Below, in pieces: positions 1 through 7,654 of a stretch of DNA of 25,850 bases; position 1 is the stretch's first letter; each line of letters starts with the position of its first letter. The translations under genes and the position numbers were made by a program. Below the pieces are notes generated by a model. It did not search any database. It was given only the letters and a program-made list of their open reading frames with translations, and had not been told where the DNA came from. Origin of the DNA: Candidatus Diapherotrites archaeon CG10_big_fil_rev_8_21_14_0_10_31_34 (lineage in GTDB: Archaea > Iainarchaeota > Iainarchaeia > Iainarchaeales > 1-14-0-10-31-34); contig PFAI01000055.1 of the NCBI GenBank assembly GCA_002763225.1, forward strand, positions 1-25,850. The letters are read 5' to 3'.

Positions 1-521
1 TCTCCTGAAGTTAATTCAACTTTTTCCGGCCTGATTACTTCAATTGAAGTAGGACCATATAAAAACATTAACTGCATTAAAGCATGAAAGTCTTTAACTG
101 AAAGATTTACATCTAAATAAGAAGAATAATGTTCGTCTTGCTGTAATGGTTTTGCTTCAACTATGTCATAAATAGTGAAGTCTTTTTCTTTTCTAATCAT
201 TTCCTGGATTTCTCTTAATTGTTTTTTCAATAATATTTCTTCAATTGATTGAACTTCAATATTAACTCTTAATCTTATTTTATTTGAGTCTTTTTCTGCA
301 ACCATTTTTCTCTTCCTCACAGCATTAGATATTTCTTTTTTCAGCCAATATTTTGTTGGAAAACCTTGTTTTGAAATTAATTCAAGCTTTAACATTAACC
401 TTAATTCTTTCATTAAAGAATCATAAGGAATGTTTAATTGCTCACGTAGTTCTTCTGCAGTTTTAGGTTCATGCAAAAGCAATACTGCAATTCGCTTCTG
501 GTTTTCATTAAACTTTGGCAT
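1..521 (-). CDS. Partial CDS (runs off left edge): N-terminal winged-HTH fused to a conserved archaeal hypothetical domain; candidate transcriptional regulator
   Basis: Not in ORF track. Manual translation from ATG at 521 is open to the window edge: MPKFNENQKRIAVLLLHEPKTAEELREQLNIPYDSLMKELRLMLKLELISKQGFPTKYWL (wHTH pattern) ... KIRLRVNIEVQ...YSSYLDVNLSVKDFHALMQLMFLYGPTSIEVIRPEKVELTSG. TTTTTAAA box lies 23-30 nt upstream. Confidence 0.75.
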   Translation of the reverse strand, partial: MPKFNENQKRIAVLLLHEPKTAEELREQLNIPYDSLMKELRLMLKLELISKQGFPTKYWLKKEISNAVRKRKMVAEKDSNKIRLRVNIEVQSIEEILLKKQLREIQEMIRKEKDFTIYDIVEAKPLQQDEHYSSYLDVNLSVKDFHALMQLMFLYGPTSIEVIRPEKVELTSG

Positions 522-543
522 TAATAATTAGGACAAAAAATGG

Positions 544-580
544 TTTAAAAAGGTTTAGTCAAAGCAAAAGGTTTTAAATA
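544..580. promoter_or_regulatory. Divergent archaeal TATA boxes for the wHTH gene (minus, 544-551) and the BofA-like gene (plus, 572-580)
   Basis: TTTTTAAA on minus at -30..-23 from ATG 521; TTTTAAATA on plus preceded by purine-rich BRE-like GCAAAAG. Confidence 0.5.
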
Positions 581-609
581 GTAAGAAAAATAGAAGTTAT
601 AGGGAAATA

Positions 610-903
610 ATGGCTTTAGAACATGTTGTAAACACTGCAGGAGAAACTGCAAACAATTTTATTGGGGACCCGACAATACTGGTTATTGGAATAGTTTTGA
701 TTATTGCAGCAGTATTGATTTTTACGCTATTGAAAAAAATCATTGTAAACTCTATTCTGGGATTAATTGTTTTTGGGATAATCCATTTTGTTATAGGAAT
801 TCAACTGCCGTTTATTCCTACTTTGATTGTAACTGCAATTTTTGGTTTAGCCGGAATAGGAGTAATGCTTGTAATGCATTTCTTAGGATTTCTTGCTGTC
901 TAA
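610..903 (+). CDS. Small membrane protein, BofA-like (pro-sigmaK processing inhibitor family)
   Basis: Three hydrophobic segments with NSILGL...GIQLP...IVTAIFGLAG pattern resembling the BofA family, which has archaeal members. Confidence 0.6.
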   Translation: MALEHVVNTAGETANNFIGDPTILVIGIVLIIAAVLIFTLLKKIIVNSILGLIVFGIIHFVIGIQLPFIPTLIVTAIFGLAGIGVMLVMHFLGFLAV

Positions 904-1896
904 AACAAAATCAGCTTTTTTCCCACACTTAATGCATTTTCCTTTTTTAATTCCTTTTATTTCTGAATCAAAGTAAAGCCTGAAAACTAAGAGGTTTTTG
1001 CAGTTCGGGCAATAAGAATTTTCTTCATCTCTTAAGTTTCCTGCATAAACATATTTTATTCCTTTTTTTTCTGCTGTTTTTTTTGCTTCATGAACAGTTA
1101 AAGGAGAAGTTCTTGGAAGGAAATTCAGTTTATATGTTGGAAAAAAAGCACTAAAATGCAATGGAATTTCATCCGACATTGACAACACGAATTCGGCTGC
1201 TTCCTCAAAAAATTCTTTTTTGTCATTAAAAGAAGGAACTATAAGATAAGTCAGCTCTAAATGAATTTTGTTTTTATAAATCCATTCAATGGATTCTTTT
1301 ACTCCTTGGATGTCAACATTTCCACAAATGTTTTTGTAAAAATCAGAGCTTCCTTTTAAATCAACATTGATTGCATCAAGATATTTTTTGCTTTCTTTTA
1401 AGACTTCTTTTGTCATATAGCCGTTTGAAACAAAAACATTGAATAAATTGTTTTCTTTTGCCAGTTTCATTATATCCAAAGCATATTCAATGAAAATAGT
1501 TGGCTCAGTGTAAGTATAGGCAATTCCTTGAACTTTGTTTTTTAATGCTAATTCAATTACTTTTTCTGGGGAAGTAAATGGAATAGAATTAATCATTGAT
1601 TCATCAAATTCTTTTGAGATATGATAATTCTGGCAGTGCTGACAGGCAAAATTGCAGCCAAAAGTGCTTACTCCTAAAACTTTTGAACCAGGAAAAAAAT
1701 GAAATAAAGGTTTTTTTTCTATTGGATCAATTTCTGAAGTCAAGTTTTTGCCGTAAGACAAAGAAACTAGTTTTCCGTCAATGTTTTTTCTAACTTTGCA
1801 AAAACCAGTTTTTCCGTCTGAAATCAAGCAATGTCTTCTACAAGCATTACATCTGACTCCCTTGCTTTCAGTTTTCCAAAATAAAGCTTCTTTCAT
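883..1896 (-). CDS. amrS: AmmeMemoRadiSam system radical SAM enzyme (PflA-like)
   Basis: N-terminal CxxCxxxC...GFCKVR, DPIEKKPLFHF, radical SAM motif CNFACQHC, YTYTEP, C-terminal CPNC...CIKC zinc ribbon. Confidence 0.9.
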   Translation of the reverse strand: MKEALFWKTESKGVRCNACRRHCLISDGKTGFCKVRKNIDGKLVSLSYGKNLTSEIDPIEKKPLFHFFPGSKVLGVSTFGCNFACQHCQNYHISKEFDESMINSIPFTSPEKVIELALKNKVQGIAYTYTEPTIFIEYALDIMKLAKENNLFNVFVSNGYMTKEVLKESKKYLDAINVDLKGSSDFYKNICGNVDIQGVKESIEWIYKNKIHLELTYLIVPSFNDKKEFFEEAAEFVLSMSDEIPLHFSAFFPTYKLNFLPRTSPLTVHEAKKTAEKKGIKYVYAGNLRDEENSYCPNCKNLLVFRLYFDSEIKGIKKGKCIKCGKKADFVLDSKKS

Positions 1897-1977
1897 TAAA
1901 TAAAAAGTAATTAAAACAGGTTAAAATGATTTTGATTTGTTTTTGAATAACCTTTTTTCTTTTTTGGGCAACCTGCA

Positions 1978-2005
1978 CTTTTTCTTTTTCGGAAAAAAGA
2001 AAAAG
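1978..2005. repeat. 12-bp perfect inverted repeat in the amrS/endoQ divergent intergenic region
   Basis: CTTTTTCTTTTT-CGGA-AAAAAGAAAAAG read directly from the sequence. Confidence 0.7.
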
Positions 2006-2043
2006 GGGGGAGTTAAAATCATTTTCATTCTTTTTTCTTTTGT

Positions 2044-3315
2044 ATGAAAGAATTTAACTCTGATTTGCATTATCATTCACCTTACTCTGTCGGAGTAAGC
2101 AAAAACATGCGGATTCCAATTATTGCAGAACAGGCAAAATTAAAGGGACTGCATTTTTTGAGTTCAGCTGACTGCTTAAACGGAAACTGGCTAAAACATT
2201 TAAAAGAAAATTTAGTTGAAGAAGAAAACGGAGTATTTAAATCAAAAAATAATTCAATTAATTTTGTATTAGGAACAGAAGTCCAGTGTTCTGATAGACT
2301 GCATCATGTAATTTTTTTGCCTGATTTTAATGCAATAGAAGAAGTAAGAAAAAAATTCTCTAACCACACAAGAGAATTAGATTCAGTTATGGGTGGAAGA
2401 CCCAGATTAAGATTAAATGCAGAACAAACAGCAGAAATAATTTTGGATGCAAAAGGGTTAATTGGACCGGCGCATGCATTTACTCCTTATTTTGGAGTTT
2501 ATGCTTATTTTGATTCAATCAAAAAAGCTTATGGAGAACAAGGAAAAAATATTTCTTTTATGGAATTAGGTTTAAGCGCAGACACTTTTTTAGCAGACAA
2601 GATTCCAGAAAATCGGGGGTACTTGTTTTTATCTAATTCTGATTCTCATTCTCCTTGGCCTTTTAGATTAGGAAGAGAATTCAACAGAATTAAATTAAAA
2701 GAACCTTCTTTTAAGGAACTAAAAAATGCTTTAACCAAAAAAGAAGAAAAAAGAATTTCATTAAATGTTGGCTTGGATCCAAGGGAAGGAAAATACCATA
2801 GAACTGCCTGTCAATCATGTTATACTAAATACAAATTGAATGAAGCAGTAAAACTGAACTGGAAATGCATTGAATGCGGGAAAGAAATTAAGCGAGGAGT
2901 ATTAGAAAGAATTGAAATGCTTTCAGATGGAAAAGACAAAAGTCCGGAATTTCGTCCAGAGTATTTGCATTTATTGCCTTTACAGGAAATAATTCAGAGT
3001 TCAGTGAAAATTAAATTAATTACTTCAGGAAAAATACAGGTTTTGTGGAAAACTTTTGTTGAAAAATTTGGCACTGAAATAAATGTTTTGATTGACGAGC
3101 CAATTGAAAATTTACTTAAAGTTGATAAAGATATTGGAGAAAAAATTGATTGTTTTAGAAAAGGATTGGTTTTGTTTGAAGAAGGAGGCGGAGGGAAATA
3201 CGGTAAACCAGTTATCTGCAAAAATGAAAAAGAGTTTGAGAAAAAAAAGTTTGAATTAGGGGAAAAAGAAAAAAAACAGTTTAAGGCACAACAAAAAAAA
3301 CTTTTTGACTTTTGA
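2044..3315 (+). CDS. endoQ: Endonuclease Q (TIGR00375/COG1379-type PHP phosphoesterase with Zn ribbon)
   Basis: DLHYHSPYS, GPAHAFTP, MELGLSAD, SNSDSHS, LGRE, GKYHRTACQSC...CIECG, GGGGKYG; C-terminal PIP-like QKKLFDF. Confidence 0.88.
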   Translation: MKEFNSDLHYHSPYSVGVSKNMRIPIIAEQAKLKGLHFLSSADCLNGNWLKHLKENLVEEENGVFKSKNNSINFVLGTEVQCSDRLHHVIFLPDFNAIEEVRKKFSNHTRELDSVMGGRPRLRLNAEQTAEIILDAKGLIGPAHAFTPYFGVYAYFDSIKKAYGEQGKNISFMELGLSADTFLADKIPENRGYLFLSNSDSHSPWPFRLGREFNRIKLKEPSFKELKNALTKKEEKRISLNVGLDPREGKYHRTACQSCYTKYKLNEAVKLNWKCIECGKEIKRGVLERIEMLSDGKDKSPEFRPEYLHLLPLQEIIQSSVKIKLITSGKIQVLWKTFVEKFGTEINVLIDEPIENLLKVDKDIGEKIDCFRKGLVLFEEGGGGKYGKPVICKNEKEFEKKKFELGEKEKKQFKAQQKKLFDF

Positions 3316-3337
3316 CGAACCAAAACAAATAAAAACA

Positions 3338-3360
3338 ATAGTGCACCATAGTCTACTATG
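3338..3360 (+). promoter_or_regulatory. Putative autoregulatory operator of the TA pair (two overlapping palindromic boxes)
   Basis: ATAGTGCACCAT (3338-3349) and ATAGTCTACTAT (3348-3359) at 10-bp spacing; the second extends to CATAGT-CT-ACTATG and covers the start codon. Confidence 0.6.
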
Positions 3361-3576
3361 GCTACAACAATTCAGATCAGCAAGACTCTTCAGACTGCTT
3401 TGAAGAAAAAAAAGATGTATGAAAATGAAAGCTATGAAGAGCTTATTTGGAATCTCTTAGAGGATTCAATGAAATTAAATGAAGAAACAAAAAAAGATAT
3501 TAAAGAAGCTAGAGCTGATGTGAAAAAAGGTAAATTTTATACTTTAGAGCAGGTTGAGAAAGAAGCAGGACTTTAA
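3358..3576 (+). CDS. Type II antitoxin (archaeal RelB-like, RHH-type N-terminus)
   Basis: MATTIQIS...ESYEELIWNLLE N-terminus, acidic C-terminus GKFYTLEQVEKE; stop directly abuts the toxin ATG (TAAATG). Confidence 0.8.
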   Translation: MATTIQISKTLQTALKKKKMYENESYEELIWNLLEDSMKLNEETKKDIKEARADVKKGKFYTLEQVEKEAGL

Positions 3577-3834
3577 ATGTATCAAATTATTTTTAGTTCT
3601 AAAGCAAAAAAGCAATATTTAAAGCTTGAAAAATCTGTTCAAAAAAGAATTTCTAATTCTTTAAGAAGGCTTAGATTTAATCCTGAAAGGCATTTAACAA
3701 AATTAGTTGAAATTGAAGCTTACAGGTTAAGAGTCGGGGATTATAGATTAATTTTAGAGTTAGAAAAAGACAGGCTTATTATTACAATAATTCAACTCGA
3801 GCACAGAAAAAACATTTACAAAAAAATTGTTTGA
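3577..3834 (+). CDS. relE: RelE/ParE-family mRNA interferase toxin
   Basis: 85 aa basic protein with YRLRVGDYRLI and HRKNIY motifs. Confidence 0.9.
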   Translation: MYQIIFSSKAKKQYLKLEKSVQKRISNSLRRLRFNPERHLTKLVEIEAYRLRVGDYRLILELEKDRLIITIIQLEHRKNIYKKIV

Positions 3835-3841
3835 GTTTTAA

Positions 3842-4618
3842 TTATCTTACGTATGGCAATCCTTTTTCAGGCATGTCTTCTTGTTGCTGTTCTTCTAATT
3901 GCTTGTTTAACTGCTGGAAAGCATTTTCGATTTCTTTTGATTCTTTTTCTATCTGATCCATATTAAGTTTAAAACCGAATTTCAATGAAAGCACTTCAAG
4001 AACTTTTTTTGCCGAACCATGATCTCCATAAATTAATCTAGCGTTTGTTTCTCCCATTAAACATGCTCCAGTAATTTTGTGTTCTGCTGCTAATCCAACA
4101 ATTAATCCTGCTGCACCTGAAATTAATCCTTCCTGATGCCCTTCAATTGCCTTAATTTTTTTGAAACTTTCAAGAAGCTTTTTATCTGTTGAAGCAACAA
4201 CTACTTTTGGCTCTGAATTCATTCTTTTTTCACCTACATTAATTCCTGCTAAAGTATAAATTTCTTTTACTCCTAATTCTTTTGCTGCTAACACAATTTC
4301 TCTTGCAAATTCATAATGTTCTTTTGCTGAAGCAGTTGAAGCATCTAATGCAGGCTGAACTGGACCTGCAAGAAAAATATAATCTTTTTTCTTGTAATTT
4401 AAATGATAAAAATCATCTTTGATTAATTCAATTAAAGATTTTTTTGTGTGAACACTGGGAGGAAAAGAATCAGAAGTTATTTCAGCAATTCTTTCTGCTT
4501 TAAATTGTTTTAGCATGTAATCCACTACAATTTTTCCAACCAAACCTATTCCTGGAAGGCCGGAAAACATTACTGCATTCTTGAATTTTTTTTTCTTTAA
4601 AAATTTTACATTAGTCAT
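3842..4618 (-). CDS. PAC2-family proteasome assembly chaperone (COG2047-like)
   Basis: GLPGIGLVGKI, ISGAAGL, GACLMGET motifs, C-terminal YVR; usual position after aIF2alpha. Start taken as ATG 4618 (track start 4624 is GTG). Confidence 0.88.
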   Translation of the reverse strand: MTNVKFLKKKKFKNAVMFSGLPGIGLVGKIVVDYMLKQFKAERIAEITSDSFPPSVHTKKSLIELIKDDFYHLNYKKKDYIFLAGPVQPALDASTASAKEHYEFAREIVLAAKELGVKEIYTLAGINVGEKRMNSEPKVVVASTDKKLLESFKKIKAIEGHQEGLISGAAGLIVGLAAEHKITGACLMGETNARLIYGDHGSAKKVLEVLSLKFGFKLNMDQIEKESKEIENAFQQLNKQLEEQQQEDMPEKGLPYVR

Positions 4619-4627
4619 AAACACGCC

Positions 4628-5398
4628 TTAATCTTCAATTCTTTTGAATTCTCCTTTTCCGTTTGATTTTGCAATGGTTTCAATTACTTGTTCAACTGAA
4701 TCCTTTAATTTTTTTTCAGCTGACTTGTAGTCAGATGAAACAACTTTAACCTGATATTTTCCTGAACCCAAATAAATTATTTCTGAGTCTTTTCCTGTTT
4801 CTTTTTCTGCTTTAACTAAAACTTTTTTTATTGCTTCAACTCCATCTGGTTCAAAACAAGTTAATTCAAGAATCCCTTTAACTGTTTTAACCGGAATAAT
4901 AATATTTTTTTCAATTAACTCCAAAAGCTCTTTATCCCAAGGCTTTTTAATTACTGAAGGAACTTTTCCTGTTGAAGCAATTTCATTGAATGCTTCAGCT
5001 AAAGAATCAAATTCATCTAATAAAGGTTCAGCAGTGTTTTCCCACACTTCATCAAAAGACATTTTCTTGTTTTTAGCTAAAACTTCAATTAATTTTTTTG
5101 CTCTGAATAATCTATTATAATCTTCTATTTTTCTTCTCTGGACTCCGGAAGAAACTTTAGTTAAACTTAAATCAATCTGGTTTTTGCTTCTGTCAAGTGC
5201 AAGAACCTGAGCTGAACGAATCTGGTTTTCTTTAACATGATTTCTTATGTTTTTAATCCAGCCTGAAGCAACCTGAGAAATATGAATAAACCCTTTTTCA
5301 TTTCCATATTCCAGTAATTCAACAAAAACACCATAATTCAGCACTTTTATCACTCTTACTACTACAATTTCATTTACTTCAGGTAACTCATTTTCCAT
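4628..5398 (-). CDS. eif2a: Translation initiation factor 2 alpha subunit
   Basis: N-terminal S1 domain (PEVNEIVV...YGVFVELLEY...GFIHISQV...WIKNIR...IDLSL), C-terminal DGVEAIK...YLGSGKY...DYKSAE. Confidence 0.95.
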   Translation of the reverse strand: MENELPEVNEIVVVRVIKVLNYGVFVELLEYGNEKGFIHISQVASGWIKNIRNHVKENQIRSAQVLALDRSKNQIDLSLTKVSSGVQRRKIEDYNRLFRAKKLIEVLAKNKKMSFDEVWENTAEPLLDEFDSLAEAFNEIASTGKVPSVIKKPWDKELLELIEKNIIIPVKTVKGILELTCFEPDGVEAIKKVLVKAEKETGKDSEIIYLGSGKYQVKVVSSDYKSAEKKLKDSVEQVIETIAKSNGKGEFKRIED

Positions 5399-5413
5399 TA
5401 AAAAAACCTTTTC

Positions 5414-5605
5414 TTAATTTAAAACCTTAACCACTTTTGCTTCAATAAATGCTTTTGAAGCTGAAGGATAAACCAGAATCTGGCCGCAATCACATTTAAT
5501 TTCTGTGGTTGAAGCAGAAAAAACTTTTCTTTCATTTCCGCATTTAATACATTTTATCAGCAAAAACTTGGTTTTAGGGTTTGGAATAATATTTTTTTTA
5601 GCCAT
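5414..5605 (-). CDS. rps27e: Ribosomal protein S27e
   Basis: PKTKFLLIKCIKCGNE..VFS....IKCDCG..L..P...KA; ATG 5605 preceded by AGGTGA Shine-Dalgarno. Confidence 0.92.
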   Translation of the reverse strand: MAKKNIIPNPKTKFLLIKCIKCGNERKVFSASTTEIKCDCGQILVYPSASKAFIEAKVVKVLN

Positions 5606-5636
5606 GTGTTTCACCTTTTTTTAATTTTATCTTCTT

Positions 5637-6185
5637 TTAATCTATTTTTTCCCCAATTTTTCTTGAAATAAAAAGTTTTGCGATTTTTTGGGGCAATTCA
5701 ACTGTTTCATTTTTCTTAAATGGCCCGTATTCTTTCATATCAGTGCCAATAAAAGAAGGAACATCAGAAAGAACTTTCACTGAAACTTTATTTAAACCCG
5801 TTTCTTTTTCTTTGGTTTTTCCTATAAACACTGAATCAACTAAAGTATTATAAGAATTCAAAATTTTAAGCAATTGAATAAACATTTTTTTTTCTTCTTC
5901 TGCCATTAATTCATTGTTTTCTTCAGCTGTTTTTGAAGCAATTAATGCTTTAGATAAAATCTTTTTTTGTCTTAAACTTAAAATTTCTTCAACCATTTTT
6001 TTCAGGTTAGTAAAACTTCTTGTTTTAGCAAAATCCAAGTCTTTCATTGAATTAAAATAAGATTGTTTTTCCTGTAAAATGAATTCGCTTAAAGAATCAA
6101 AGAAATCTTCTTTTACTTCAACTAACTTGGAAGTGTTTTTTTCTAATCTGTAAATTTTTCTTATTTCGTCGTAATCCAATTCCAT
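5637..6185 (-). CDS. GINS complex subunit, Gins51/Gins15 type (A domain then B domain)
   Basis: Helical A domain (EK....L..V.EDFF, R..KI, EEKKMF) and B domain VLSDVPSFIGTDMKEYGPFKKNETVELP; directly downstream of priS. Confidence 0.88.
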   Translation of the reverse strand: MELDYDEIRKIYRLEKNTSKLVEVKEDFFDSLSEFILQEKQSYFNSMKDLDFAKTRSFTNLKKMVEEILSLRQKKILSKALIASKTAEENNELMAEEEKKMFIQLLKILNSYNTLVDSVFIGKTKEKETGLNKVSVKVLSDVPSFIGTDMKEYGPFKKNETVELPQKIAKLFISRKIGEKID

Positions 6186-6194
6186 TAAATCAAC

Positions 6195-7508
6195 TCAAAT
6201 TCTTTTTTGTTCAATCCCAGCCTTTTCAGAAAAGGCTGGCGAAAACTTTTTGCTCAAACTTTTTCCAAAAGTTTGTTTTTCTGAAAGGTTGGCTGAATTT
6301 CTTGCCATTAAATAAATTGCGGCAAATTCCGGCAAATCTGTTTCTTGTTCTTCAAATGGCCCAAAGTTTTCTCCCCCTAACGAAAATTTCGGGGCAGTTC
6401 TTACAAATACCTTCAGAGGATTAGTTGAAAAAATAATGCTTTCTTTTAAAGGATTAAATTTCATTAATTTTTCTCTTTCAAACTCTGTTGCAGTTAAACC
6501 AGTTGAACCATGAATGGTATTTGGAACACGGATTATTTTAGCTAAATCCACTGAAGTCTGCCTGTCTAAAAACAATTTTTCTTTTTCAACTAAATTAGAT
6601 AAAAGGGATTCCCAAAAATTTTTTGATGAATCGTCAGCCCTGGTTACAGGAAATAAAAAACCATTTTGCATTCCCTTTAAAACCAATTCTTTTTTTTCTA
6701 ATATTTTTTTTATTGTTGAAACCCTTGCATTGCCTAAAGCAGCAATTTTTTCTGCTTCATCTTTTTCAATCATGTTTTTAAGCGAAAAAAGGATTTTTTT
6801 GCTCCAGCCAAAAGCAGTTGATTCCATTGGGCACAACATTTTTTTGTTTGAATAAACAAATCCAAGCTGTTCTAAATCAATTTCCTGCGCCGTAAGAAAA
6901 TCAACTAATTCAATTCTTGCATTAGCATTTAATCCTTGTATTTTTTCACTTCTTAAATGCAGGTGATATCCTTTTCCTCCGGAAAAATTAACTGAAATTC
7001 CTTCAGTGAAATTAAAATCGTTTTCTAAAAAGTTGATTAGCTTTAAAGTCTGTTTTTTTGTTGCTTCAAGGCATTCATCACAAACCCATTCAGTTGTTTC
7101 AGTTGCAGAACCGCAAGAAGGGCATCTTTCAACTAAACCTTTTCCTTCTGCTTTACATTCCCTGCATTTCCATGAATCGTGTTTTTGCTTGCATTCAGTT
7201 TTCAAATCATCTGCATCAAATTCATAAATTATATCTGATTTCAAATATTTTTTTCTTTCCATCGGCCTTTTGTCAGGAAAATCATAGAATGCAGGAGAAT
7301 AAGAAACATAAAAAGGAGTTTTTTCTCTTAAAAAAGAATTGAATTCTTTTGCTGAACCAAAAGAATAATGCCTTGCAATAATTTTTTTTCCATATTCCCC
7401 ATAACCAAATTCTCTTCTTTCAATTTCAGGAACAGAATCAATAAAATTTTCTCGGTAAAAAGAACTGAATTTTTTCCTCAAAAAATCAATTGTCTTTTGC
7501 TCAGCCAT
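6195..7508 (-). CDS. priS: DNA primase catalytic (small) subunit
   Basis: REFG, EFDAD catalytic DxD, FSGGKGYHLH, D....D...IIRVP.TIHG.TGL, GINS-B-like C-terminal domain. Confidence 0.95.
   Translation of the reverse strand: MAEQKTIDFLRKKFSSFYRENFIDSVPEIERREFGYGEYGKKIIARHYSFGSAKEFNSFLREKTPFYVSYSPAFYDFPDKRPMERKKYLKSDIIYEFDADDLKTECKQKHDSWKCRECKAEGKGLVERCPSCGSATETTEWVCDECLEATKKQTLKLINFLENDFNFTEGISVNFSGGKGYHLHLRSEKIQGLNANARIELVDFLTAQEIDLEQLGFVYSNKKMLCPMESTAFGWSKKILFSLKNMIEKDEAEKIAALGNARVSTIKKILEKKELVLKGMQNGFLFPVTRADDSSKNFWESLLSNLVEKEKLFLDRQTSVDLAKIIRVPNTIHGSTGLTATEFEREKLMKFNPLKESIIFSTNPLKVFVRTAPKFSLGGENFGPFEEQETDLPEFAAIYLMARNSANLSEKQTFGKSLSKKFSPAFSEKAGIEQKRI
6217..6292. repeat. Cluster of short palindromes inside the priS 3' end
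   Basis: CCAGCCTTTT-CAG-AAAAGGCTGG (6217-6239), CAAACTTTT-TCC-AAAAGTTTG (6255-6275), and a degenerate half-copy TTTTCTGAAAGGTTGG (6277-6292). Confidence 0.75.
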
Positions 7509-7546
7509 GGAAATAATTCTGAAAGGAAATGATTAAAATAGAAAAA

Positions 7547-7612
7547 TAACCCTTTAACAAAGGGTTAAACCAAACAAAATTTTTAGCAATTGCCTTTTTC
7601 TGAAAAAAAAGG
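7547..7612. repeat. Two short palindromes upstream of priS
   Basis: TAACCCTTT-AAC-AAAGGGTTA (7547-7567) and CCTTTTT-CTGAAA-AAAAAGG (7593-7612). Confidence 0.65.
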
Positions 7613-7641
7613 AAAAGCTAAAGAAAAAAAAAGAAAAAAAA
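7603..7641 (-). terminator. Oligo-U tracts downstream of the acidic micro-ORF (candidate archaeal terminator)
   Basis: Several A8-A9 runs on plus, i.e. T8-T9 runs on minus, starting about 14 nt after the TGA at 7655. Confidence 0.45.
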
Positions 7642-7654
7642 GGAGTTAACAAAA

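Noticed and set aside
1596..7342. Alternative ORFs 1596-1793, 2994-3338, 6514-6855, 7006-7227, 7058-7342
   Set aside because: Antisense shadows of well-supported genes; F/S/L-rich composition expected from the reverse of K/E-rich coding DNA.
6217..7612. CRISPR array or tRNA among the hairpins
   Set aside because: No regularly spaced identical repeats with spacers; stems are too short and AT-rich for a tRNA cloverleaf.
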